Both the position numbers and the translations under genes were made by a program. 64,000 nt of DNA from an uncultured Planctomycetota bacterium (GTDB lineage Bacteria > Planctomycetota > Planctomycetia > Isosphaerales > Isosphaeraceae): NCBI GenBank assembly GCA_963845755.1, contig CAWJTV010000029.1:384001-448000 (forward strand), in the 5' to 3' direction. Positions within the stretch are counted from its first letter, which is position 1; every line of letters starts with the position of its first letter. The notes beneath the pieces were generated by a model, which was not told where the DNA came from, did not search any database, and was given only the letters and a program-made list of their open reading frames with translations. Shown one piece after another: positions 54,668-64,000 of this stretch.

Positions 54668-55453
54668 ATCGGGATGGGCCTTGCGATAAGTTAACCAGCG
54701 TTCCGTCGCCCATTTCTGTTCCTTGGGCGAGAGGCGAGGCTTGCAAGCTCGATCATAGAGCTCACGCAGCACATAATCGCCGTCCTCATAGACTTGTTCC
54801 AGGGCGGTTTGGATCGCCAGGGGTGCATCGGGGTCGGGCTCGGCCAGGGGAAGTCCGATCGTCGGCAGCGGATCACGGAGTCGGCAAGGGTAAAGCTCGA
54901 AACGGCTGCGCGTGGGCCAGCGGTTCACGCAGACCAAGTAGTCGAAGGGTTTCGCCGGTACGATGTGCAATTCGGGTACACTCATGACATGCCGACCGTG
55001 CCGCAGCAGGTCGATTTCCACGATATGGCATTCGCCGTCTCGATACTCCAGCCGCTTGGCCAGATACGAGTCGCGACCCGATCCCGTCGCCTTATTACTG
55101 GGACTCACCAGCTCAATGACGGTCACGACCTTGAAATCCTGATCACGGTCCAAGATCGTGATATAGGGCTGGTGGATTTCTAAGTCCTTCACTTCCACAA
55201 CCACCGGAGTAGCCGCGCCGGCCGCGGGCTTCGGACCTCGCGTCCCGGATCGCAGTTTATGGACCAAGACGTCGGGGACGCGTTGCTGCTCGGGGCCTTC
55301 GATGAAAATACGTTCTTCCACCGAGGCCAGATAACGAGGCCGAATACTCGGGCGGAGTTGATTGGCCAGTTCCACGACCAAGCGGTGGTGGATGCCGGGC
55401 CACAGCGCCGGATGCTCCAGGTACGGATCCATTCCCGGAAACGGCATTTTCAT
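54641..55453 (-). CDS. DUF4058 family protein
   Basis: MPFPGMDPYLE, IELVSPSNK, EIDLLR. Confidence 0.9.
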   Translation of the reverse strand: MKMPFPGMDPYLEHPALWPGIHHRLVVELANQLRPSIRPRYLASVEERIFIEGPEQQRVPDVLVHKLRSGTRGPKPAAGAATPVVVEVKDLEIHQPYITILDRDQDFKVVTVIELVSPSNKATGSGRDSYLAKRLEYRDGECHIVEIDLLRHGRHVMSVPELHIVPAKPFDYLVCVNRWPTRSRFELYPCRLRDPLPTIGLPLAEPDPDAPLAIQTALEQVYEDGDYVLRELYDRACKPRLSPKEQKWATERWLTYRKAHPDLFPQGNGR

Positions 55454-55645
55454 CTCGAGACTCCCTGCGTGGTGGGTCGAGGACTTGCTCGCTCGGATTC
55501 CCAACGGCTCACCCAAATCCTCCGTCCGTCCGAAGGATTTGGTTTCCCTCCCGGCGGTCGATCCGATAAACTACAAGAGTCGTTGTCGCTATTGTACAGG
55601 GGAACGCGGATCTCGTTAACGCTCGAACCCGGGGAAGGTGGACTG

Positions 55646-56374
55646 ATGCGTACGCTCGTGCTCCTCGGTTGGTTGATGGTTCCTGTGCTCTTCGGCGCGT
55701 ATCACTACGGGCCGGGCCAGGAGAAATTGCGGCTGGACGACGTCTCGCGAGTCCTGGCCGACGCCGATCGGCTGGCGGCCGGGGAGAAATGGGAGCCGGC
55801 ATTGACCCGGTACGACGATGCCCTCAAGCTGCTGCCCGAAGGCCGCGTTGACGAATCCCGTCGCATCCGCCTCCAGCGCGCCAAGGTCCAGATGTTCGCC
55901 CACCAGTTGCCCGAGGCCAACGTGGCCCTGCGGGAACTGGTCGACCAGGTGGAAGACGACAAGACCGCCGATCCCAAGGTCAGGGACGAGGCGCGAGACC
56001 CTGGCCAACGCCCAGTATTACATGACATGGCTCATGCGGCTGGAGGGCCTGGGCGCCCAGGAGTGGGAGCCCGAGATCGAAAGCCCCGCCAGACCTACCG
56101 CCTGCTTGCCGAGAAGTCCGAGGCCGCCGGCGATCAGGGATCCGCCCGCAAGCACCGCGAGGACCTCGAAAGCGCCATCCGGCTCGAACGCATGGAGCTC
56201 GCCGAATTGCAAGGACTCGATATCCCGGCACAGTGCTCCTGCTGCAAGAGCGGCCAGTGCAAGAAGCCGGGCAAGAAGCCAGGGAAGAAGCCCGGTGGTG
56301 AGAAGAAACAGGAAGAGAAGAAGGACGCCCGCAAAGCCGGGATGGGCCCGCCTCCGGATAATTCGGGATCGTGA
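55646..56374 (+). CDS. TPR-like protein with Cys/Lys-rich tail (frameshifted)
   Basis: N-terminal TM, TPR-like helices, CSCCKSGQCKKPGKKPGKKPG. Confidence 0.75.
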   Translation: MRTLVLLGWLMVPVLFGAYHYGPGQEKLRLDDVSRVLADADRLAAGEKWEPALTRYDDALKLLPEGRVDESRRIRLQRAKVQMFAHQLPEANVALRELVDQVEDDKTADPKVRDEARDPGQRPVLHDMAHAAGGPGRPGVGARDRKPRQTYRLLAEKSEAAGDQGSARKHREDLESAIRLERMELAELQGLDIPAQCSCCKSGQCKKPGKKPGKKPGGEKKQEEKKDARKAGMGPPPDNSGS

Positions 56375-56560
56375 GTGTTTCCTGATGGCGAGCGGCCAGC
56401 GATCGATCGACCTTCGATTGACTCGTTGGAGTCCCGCCTCCCGGCGGCAAAGCGCGGCGGAAGCCGGGACTCCAACCCGTTCGAACTCGCGGCGGCATCG
56501 GCATTGGCATTGGCCACGAGTCGTTCGTCACTTCGACGTCACATCAAGCAGAGCACCACC

Positions 56561-59500
56561 ATGCACATCGCTGGCCGACTGACCGCCCTTGCGTTCGGAT
56601 CAATCGTGATCGTCATTTTCGGGACGGCGCGCGGACAGCGCCCGCCCCGTCCGCATCGGCAACGCCGGCACCCGCGGCCACGGCCAAGTCTTCGGCGACA
56701 GTGCAGGTCAAATCGTCCCCAACTGTGACCGCGAAAGGCGCCCTGGCGGACCTCCCCGCGGACGTGTTTGCCAATCCTACGGCCGTCGCCGGCCAGCCGG
56801 GGCAACCCGACCCGGCCCAGGCCAAGAAGCAGGAGCGATTGCAGAAGATCCAGCAGTTGACGTTCGATCGTCGCGCTTCGGCGATCCTCAAGGCCTGGTC
56901 CACGTCGAAAGAGGAAGCCATCAAGCAGCCCGCCAACGGTGCAAACCAGGCCGTGCCGCAAATGCCCACGAGGGCCGTTCGGACCACGCCGCAAGGGGGC
57001 AGTCAACACCGTGGTCGCGGCGCCCAACATGAACATGAACGTGGCGGTGCCCGGATCGACGCCGGCTCAAGGCGCGAACCCCCAACCCGACCCGTTCGAC
57101 CAGGAGCTCAGGGGGTTCCAGTACGACGTCACCCTGAGTCGCTGGGCCGACGTCACCGCGTTCCTCGCCCGGCTCCCGGAGGATGAAAGCAAGGCCGCGT
57201 ACGAGCACCTGATCCAGGCGCTGGGCCTGCCGCCCGGCATGCAGAACAATCCCCAGATGCAAATGCAGATGCAAATGCAGATGCAAATGCAGCAAATGCA
57301 GATGAACATGGGGATGCCGATGGGCGTCAACACGACCGCGCCGCCGAACCCTCAGCAATTCATGATGGAGCAGAACGTCTTCTCGAACCAGGACGTCCTC
57401 GCCCTGGCGAAGGCCGCCCCCCACGGCCTGGACCAGGGCCCGCTGGACGGCCTGGGACGGATCCTCCGCCTGGCGCTCGATCAAGGCAACGTGATCGAGG
57501 ACTTCCTGGCGAAGCTCCGAGCGGCCGTAAAGCTCCCGGCCAAGGAAGCACCCCTGACCGATCGACAGGCGGCCAAGCTGCTGATCGCGGCCGACTGCAC
57601 CATCGAAGCCGGCGAGTTCCTCCCCGGCGCCGATAAGGCCGAGGCCGACAGCGACCGCGAAGCCCTGAATCTCCTGGCCCGCCACTATCTCGCACTCTTC
57701 ACCCGCGACAAGAAGACGGCGCATCTGGAGTCGGCGTGGAAGGTCACCCAGGCGGCCCTGGCGGCGGGCAAGATCGAGCCCGCCCAGAAGGAGGAGGCGA
57801 TCCGTCGCGCCGTCGAGTTGACCCCCAAGATCCGCGAGGCGCTCGGCCGCGCCTGGCTCGAGGAGAGCTTCACCAGCCGGCCCGAGCGCGGCATGGAGAT
57901 CCTCGCGACCATCGGCACCACCTCGGCCCAGGGCATCCCCATGCACGCCTTCGATAGCGACTTCCGCCTCAAGTCGCTGGGACTCCAGAAGCTCGCCGTC
58001 GAGGCCCTGCTCCGCAAGGCCCCCCAGCTCGGGAAGGACTGGGCCAAGACCGTCGCCCTCCTGGCGAACTCCTGGCTGCACGAGGCCGAGTTCTCGTATC
58101 ACTACGACTACTCGACCAGCCTCGGCCCGCGCATGTATTACGACAACTTCGGCAACGTCTTCTATAACAACTACAATCCGTTCGACCAGAACATGATGAT
58201 GCGTCAGCGCGGCGGCATGCCCATGGCGCTGAAGGTCGCCGACGTCGTCAAGGAACGGCCCGGCGACGCCTGGATGGCCTTCGTCGACGAGGGGATCAAG
58301 CCCAAGTTCGCCACGATCTTCGCCAAGCTCTACCTGAAGGTCAACGAGGAGGACGAGGCGTTCCCCTATATCGAAGAGCTCGCCCGGACCAACCCGCGCG
58401 AGGCCAAGAACCTTGCCGAGGAGTTCGTCCGGGTCTGGACGAAGAACCACAATCCTAACTCTCAGCAACTGCGCCGCAGCCGGTTCTTCTACGTCTACGG
58501 GTTCGAGAACCGGGCCGAGGGGATCCCCCTGACCCGCTCCAAGCAGGAGCGCAACCTCACCGAGCTGGCCGGGCTGGTCAAGAAGCTCCGTGCGTTGCCG
58601 ATCGGCGAGGTCGACGAAAAGCTGCTCACGGAAGCGTTCACCGCCTGCCATAGCTCGGCCGAAGTCTACCGCCTCGACGCGATCGAGAAGGTTTTCGGCT
58701 CGTTCGACGCCCTCAAGCCGGCCACCCTGGCCGAGCTGATCCAGCAGATGCGCGGCAACCTGCTGGGGGTCTGGCGGCAGCCGGCCGAACAGGAGAAGAA
58801 CAAGACCAAGCGGCGCGAGAAGGACATCCGCGCCGAGGTGTTCCGTGGCTACGAGGTCGCCCAGTCGGTCATCGACCGCGGCCTGTCGCGGCATCCCGAC
58901 CACTGGGCGCTGGTCCTGGCCCGGGCCACCATGTTGCACGACGAGAACAACTACCGCCAGGAGATCGAGCGCTCGGCCGAGTTCGCCCCGCGGCGGCAGC
59001 GGGCCTTCGCCGAATTCCGGCGCACCGCCCAGCTCTACGCCGCCGCCGTGCCCGGCATGGACCAGAATGACGAGACGACGCAGGTGTTCGACTTCTGGTA
59101 CTGCGCCGGACTGGGTGCCTGCGACCCCCAGGCCATCACCGAGGAGACGATCGCCGACACCCGCCAGCCGAAATTGATCCGCGAGGCGCTCCTGGCCATC
59201 ACGGGAGAGGCCGGCGAGCGGCACATGAGCAAGTTCGCCAACGCCCTCTTCGTGCGCCTGAGCCAGGTCAAGCCCTCGATCAAGTATCGTTATCTCAAGG
59301 CGGGCATCGACGTCGTCGGCGACCACCCGCAGGCTTTCGAGGCGCGCAAGGTCTTCGACTACTACAAGGACCTGGTGACCGAGATCAAGCTCGAGACGAA
59401 GGTTGACGGAGCAGACACCGTCGGCCACGAGAAACCCTTCGGCGTGTTCGTCAACCTGCTCCACACCCGCGAGATCGAGCGCGAGTCGGGCGGCTTCGGC

Positions 59501-60565
59501 CGGTATCTCCAGAACCAGAACAACAATAACAATTACTATTACTACAACTTCGGCCGGCCGATGGAGAACTACCGCGACAAGTTCTCCGACGCCGCCAAGC
59601 AGGCGTTGCAGGAGCACTTCGAGGTCATCTCGGTCACCTTCCAGGACGAGAAGGTCAACTCGAAGGCCACGAGCGACTACGGATGGCGCGTGACGCCCTA
59701 TGCCTATCTGCTGCTCAAGGCCCGTGGCCCGAAGATCGACAAGATCCCGCCGCTCCGGCTGGACCTCGATTTCATGGACACCTCGGGTTACGTGGTCTTG
59801 CCCGTCGAATCGCCGACGATCCCCGTGGACGCGGCGCCGGCCAGCGGACCCGTCCACCCCTTCGAGAAACTCCAGATCACCCAGACGCTCGACGAACGGC
59901 AGGCCCAGGACGGCAAGCTGATCCTCGAGATCAAGGGGGTTGCGCGCGGCCTGGTGCCCGACCTCGATGAGATCCTCGCGCTCGACCACGCGGGCTTCCA
60001 GGTCGAGAAGGTCGACGACCAGGGACTCTCGGTCTCGAAGTTCGATCCCGACAGTGAAGCCACCATGATCGACTCGGACCGAACGTGGCTGGTCTCCTAC
60101 CGCGCCGCCGCGGACCAGCCCAAACCGCCCGCGACGTTCCGATTCGCCTCCGCCAAGGTTGACGGCGCCGAGATGACTTATCAGCGATATGTCGATGCCG
60201 ACCTGGCCAAGGTCGGGCCGGAGGTCGCGCTGGAAGAGCGGTACGAGCAGCCGAAGTATGCCTGGCTCTGGTGGGTTGGCGGCGGATTGCTAGGTCTGGC
60301 GTTCCTGGCGGTCGCGATTTGGACGATCCGGTCCCGGCCCAAGAAGGCCGCCGCCCAGCGTTACCGGATGCCCGAGCTGGTCACGCCTTTCTCGGTGCTC
60401 GGCCTCCTGCGCGAGATCCACCAGAACAACGGGCTCCCCGCGACTCAGTTGCAGGAGCTGGCCGGCTCAATCGATCGGGTCGAGCGCCACTACTTCGCCG
60501 AGACCGACGGCGAACCCGTCGACCTGCACCAGCTTGCCGAGACCTGGATCCGCCGGGCGTCGTGA
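56561..60565 (+). CDS. Very large exported helical protein with C-terminal TM (frameshifts near the 5' end)
   Basis: Signal MHIAGRLT...ARGQ; about 1200-aa open frame; WLWWVGGGLLGLAFLAVAIW anchor. Confidence 0.85.
57254..57304 (+). repeat. (CARATG)n coding repeat giving (QM)n
   Basis: Seen directly in the sequence. Confidence 0.9.
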
Positions 60566-60637
60566 GAGACATGCGCGTGTCTGCATATCATCGTGACTGC
60601 TTTTCGGCCTGATTCGCTTCAGCGAGGGGGTAATCCC

Positions 60638-60889
60638 ATGTCCGTTGCCCCGATTGACCCACTCCCCGTCGATGTTCAGGAGACGCTGGTTCGCCTCGCG
60701 GATTCCGCCGGCATCGCGCCGGTTGATGTGCTTCCTGAGGCACTCAACCGCTATGCCTGCGAGCTGGAGTACCGGCAGGCCGCTGAGCGAGCCGAGGGGA
60801 TCACTCCTCGTGCGGACGAGCTCAAGATGATCTTGGCTCGCAATCCCCGTCCCTCCACCTGGCATGACTCCGATGAGCCGTTGTTCTGA
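60638..60889 (+). CDS. Small putative antitoxin
   Basis: 83 aa ending PSTWHDSDEPLF, just upstream of a MazF-like fragment. Confidence 0.55.
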   Translation: MSVAPIDPLPVDVQETLVRLADSAGIAPVDVLPEALNRYACELEYRQAAERAEGITPRADELKMILARNPRPSTWHDSDEPLF

Positions 60890-60898
60890 GGGATCCTC

Positions 60899-61042
60899 GT
60901 GACGCGACACTACGGCCAGATCGTGATCGTCTCGGAGATGCCCGATCCTAATGAGGTCAATCCCAAGGACCGTCCCTCGGTCGTGGTCACTCCGACAGAT
61001 GAAATCGACCCCGATGGCCCGATCGTTGTAACCTCATTGTAA
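60899..61042 (+). pseudogene. Truncated PemK/MazF-like toxin
   Basis: YGQIVIVSEMPDPNEVNPKDRPSVVVT, then stop after 47 aa. Confidence 0.6.
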
Positions 61043-61093
61043 GGTGAACGATCCGAAGATGAGATACGAACTTGACCCTCGAGAGCAGGCCCC

Positions 61094-61567
61094 TTGTCCT
61101 CCGACGATCCAAACGCCGCCGACTCACCGATTTCGGCCATCGATCCCGCAGCCTCCCGGCTGATCTTCCTGATGATGCTGGGCCTGCTCGCGGGCGGTTT
61201 CGTGGCGTTCCGCTTCCTGAGCAAACCACCGCCTCCGCCTCCGCCCGAGGTCGCCAGCGACCCGCTGCTGACCCAGGGCCGCACGATCTTCTTGAACCGT
61301 TGCGCGACCTGCCACGGCAACGAGGGCCGCGGGGACGGCCCGATCGCCGGCAACCTGCTGGGGCCGCCGGTCGGCAACCTCACCGACGACCAGTGGAAGC
61401 ACGGCGACCGGCCGGACCAGGTCGTGAACGTGATCGGCCAAGGCGTGCCGAACACGCGCATGGAAGGCTGGAGTCGCGTCCTCGATCCGCCCGAACTCAA
61501 GGCTGTCGCCGCGTATGTCTACTACCTGGCCGGACGGTCGGCCCCCGAGGAACTACGGAAGCCTTGA
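61094..61567 (+). CDS. Membrane-anchored c-type cytochrome
   Basis: TM helix, CATCH, distal Met (TRMEGW). Confidence 0.9.
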   Translation: MSSDDPNAADSPISAIDPAASRLIFLMMLGLLAGGFVAFRFLSKPPPPPPPEVASDPLLTQGRTIFLNRCATCHGNEGRGDGPIAGNLLGPPVGNLTDDQWKHGDRPDQVVNVIGQGVPNTRMEGWSRVLDPPELKAVAAYVYYLAGRSAPEELRKP

Positions 61568-61606
61568 ACTGGGGAGGGTGCAAGCTCGTGGATCGATCCT
61601 CCCCGT

Positions 61607-62038
61607 TCACCCCGCGTTCTCATGGTGGATGACAGCGTCGGCCTCGATCTCGATCAGGGCTTCCGGATCGATCAGCCGGGCGACCTGCACCATCGTGGTC
61701 GCGGGCCGGATCGATTCGAAGAACTCGTGATGGATCTCAGCGACCTCGCGCCACTGGTCGATATCGGTGACGTAGATCCGCGTCCGGACGACATCCGTGG
61801 CCTTGCCACCCAGGGCTTCGATCGCGGCAATGATGATCTCGAGCGCACGCCGGGCCTGTGCCTTGACGGTCGCCCCGAACCGGCCGTCGGGCTCCAGGCC
61901 CACCGTCCCCGTCACGAAGATGAAATCCCCCGCGCGGACGGCGCGCGAATAGCCGACCACAGGCTCCCAGGGCGAGCCCGTCAACGCGTACTTCCGCCCG
62001 TTCCGCTCGGTGACCGACAGTTTCACGTGGGGAGTCAT
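61607..62038 (-). CDS. RidA/YjgF family protein
   Basis: WEPVVGYSRAVR, VVRTRIYVTD, IEIEADA. Confidence 0.93.
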   Translation of the reverse strand: MTPHVKLSVTERNGRKYALTGSPWEPVVGYSRAVRAGDFIFVTGTVGLEPDGRFGATVKAQARRALEIIIAAIEALGGKATDVVRTRIYVTDIDQWREVAEIHHEFFESIRPATTMVQVARLIDPEALIEIEADAVIHHENAG

Positions 62039-62328
62039 GATCGGCTCTTCTCGATCCGAGACCATCTGGGCGGCGAATCGGTTACGATCGCTTGGAGATC
62101 CTGGAGCAGCCGTGTGCCATCTTTCGAGGTACAGCGTCCGCTGTCAAGGGACGGTCAGACACATGATGGAAAAGGTCGTGAAGGTTTTCCGGTCCTTCGA
62201 GGAGAGCGATCGCGCGGATCGGGGGTCCGATCGTAACCTGACTCCCCGGCAACTCGCCAGCTTTGATGAATGATAATGATATTCTGACACTCCTCGCTCA
62301 TCACGACCTCGGTTCGACAGAGTTCTCT

Positions 62329-62530
62329 ACGCCAACGGCGTTGCACAGCAAAGCCCAGGGTCGCCGCAGGCGCACCCTGGGAACGTCGAGTCGCCACCGA
62401 GTTCCGGTTTCCCTCTCCTCCGGCGCACCCCAACGGGGTTTCCCCAGCCCGACACTCCGGTGCGCCTGGGGAGGAAGTTCCCGACCCAGGGTGCGCCTGC
62501 GGCGACCCTGGGCTTTGCTCTTAACGCCTT
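62329..62530. repeat. REP-like long inverted repeat
   Basis: GCAAAGCCCAGGGTCGCCGCAGGCGCACCCTGGG and its reverse complement. Confidence 0.85.
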
Positions 62531-62606
62531 GGACCGCTGACGAAACAACTTCCCGAAAACCCGCTGGTAAGTACGAGTCTGTCCTGGAAGCCTCAATGGC
62601 CGTCTC

Positions 62607-62672
62607 GTAGGGTGCTCTGTGAGCACCGAATTCGGCAAAGTACACCGGATCGGTGCTCACAGAGCACCCTAC
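62607..62672. repeat. GTAG-type REP-like inverted repeat
   Basis: GTAGGGTGCTCTGTGAGCACCG...CGGTGCTCACAGAGCACCCTAC. Confidence 0.85.
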
Positions 62673-62872
62673 AAAGACCTTCCGAGATAGTCACTAAGTA
62701 CCTCCGGAATCCGGGAAGTTATTTCGTCGGCATTCCTTGGCGTAAGGGTTGCCGCGGAATCCCGCTCGTCGGTTCATGAACCGAGTGGTGTTCGGCGAGA
62801 AGTGTCGATATTCTGCGGATCGGCTCAACCTCGGCGGGAGTCTACACGGCCGGGCTCACCGCCCATCCGCCA

Positions 62873-64000
62873 TCACGGCTCAGCCCCACCCCCAATCGGG
62901 TCACCCGGTGGGCTCGGAGGGGGCTCGGCGCGCTGGTGGGTCGGGTCGGGGCGATTGAGAAACCGGCGGATCTCCTGTACGACGGCCCAGCCATGATGGT
63001 CTGACTGGGACGGAACACCGCCTTCGCGCAATGCGCGGGCCTGGATTCGCCGGGTGAGAGAATCGAGCGCGAACGAGGCCACAACCCGGACGCTCGGAGC
63101 GGCCGTCTCGTCGGAGGCCAGACCGATCAGGCGCGTGACGACGAGCCACTGCACCGCCCGCGTGACGGCCCCCGTGCGGCCATCGCCCGGGGCGGCGTCC
63201 CAGGTCTTCTTGATGAGCGCGGAGACCACGTCGTCGATGCCGGGAGCCCTCGGATCCCGGGCGTGCGACTCGGCCAGCCGCGCGGCCCGCTGGGGGTCGA
63301 GCAGGCCGCTCACGGCGAGGTCGGCCGCGGTGACGGCAGCGGCCACCGGGTCGAAGACGAGGCCGGTCTTTCCCGCGAATCGCTCCGAGGTACCCTCGGG
63401 GCGGTTAAAGGCCTGGGGAGGGATCAGGTCGAGCAGACGGTCAGGGAGGACGAGCACTTTCGGGTCGAGGGTTTCCAGCACCGCATCGAGTGCGTCACGC
63501 TGGCGGTCGGCCGGCTCGACAACCGCGATCGACGACGGTCGGACCGCATTGCCGTCCTTCACGGCGTACGAGTACCGGACGCCCCCGAGCGTCTTCACGG
63601 CCGCCTGGAGCTGGTACCGGTGGTGAAGGAAGAGGGGGAGAAGTTTGGCTTCGAGGTCGGACAGGGCGCCCCGTCCGGTAGCTGGTCGACACCGAATCGT
63701 TCGAGGCCGATCGCCCGCACCTTCATCTCGTGGCGAAGCGAGGCAATCGGGTCGTCGCCGTTGTCCCAAAGGTTGGCCAACGGGTGCGCAGGCGCCCGCG
63801 GGGCGGGCATCGCTGTCGGACAGGAACAGGAGGCCGTCGGAATCGCCTTTGCGGACGATCTCCCGGAGCGCCTTGGACTCGTCGATCCCGGCGGGGAACT
63901 GGGCATAGGCGTAGCGGACGGCCATCACGTCGTAGGCCCCGATGCCTTTCGCGTAAGCGTCGGACAGGTCGAGCGTCTTGCCGTCTCGGATCTTCACGAG
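62873..64000 (-). CDS. Probable zinc-dependent metalloprotease, C-terminal part (frameshifted; runs off window)
   Basis: GIGAYD..AVRYAY, FLSDSDAR, LWDNG, HRYQ motifs as recalled for DUF4953-type proteins. Confidence 0.75.
   Translation of the reverse strand, partial: LVKIRDGKTLDLSDAYAKGIGAYDVMAVRYAYAQFPAGIDESKALREIVRKGDSDGLLFLSDSDARPAGACAPVGQPLGQRRRPDCLASPRDEGAGDRPRTIRCRPATGRGALSDLEAKLLPLFLHHRYQLQAAVKTLGGVRYSYAVKDGNAVRPSSIAVVEPADRQRDALDAVLETLDPKVLVLPDRLLDLIPPQAFNRPEGTSERFAGKTGLVFDPVAAAVTAADLAVSGLLDPQRAARLAESHARDPRAPGIDDVVSALIKKTWDAAPGDGRTGAVTRAVQWLVVTRLIGLASDETAAPSVRVVASFALDSLTRRIQARALREGGVPSQSDHHGWAVVQEIRRFLNRPDPTHQRAEPPPSPPGDPIGGGAEP

Noticed and set aside
56921..59989. 1022-aa minus-strand ORF and similar long antisense ORFs
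   Set aside because: Shadow frames of GC-rich genes on the opposite strand; no motifs
16093..64000. Mass pseudogenisation or programmed frameshifting
   Set aside because: Single-base indels are scattered through many unrelated conserved genes, often in G/C runs; most consistent with long-read sequencing error

Overview
GC-rich bacterial DNA, most likely Planctomycetota (Isosphaeraceae-like; inferred from DUF1549/DUF1553, DUF1501 and DUF4058 genes). Many conserved genes carry single-base frameshifts, which points to long-read indel errors. About 1-15.5 kb is a mobile island. It has toxin-antitoxin genes, an AT-rich HEPN-like gene and a tyrosine recombinase, punctuated by three hairpin-forming GATAA-N6-TTAT (dif/Xer-like) sites. 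These are followed by two tandem Tn552/Tn5053-like transposons that were themselves hit by an IS5, an IS1182 and a 121-bp MITE. The second transposon carries an LRR cargo gene bracketed by two copies of a res site I-like sequence. About 16-64 kb is mostly core genome: PSD1/DUF1501, nitrilase, a divergent SRAP-like gene beside a Y-family polymerase, cstA, rpsT, infA, RNase HII-like, UbiD, FkbH, AlkA, hisG/hisI, a MoxR-DUF58-VWA operon with a giant protein, cytochrome c and RidA, plus several decayed TA remnants and REP-like repeats. No rRNA, tRNA or CRISPR array was seen. The best novelty candidates are the recombinase/hairpin-site cassette system, the res-site-flanked cargo cassette and the SRAP-like/DinB pair.
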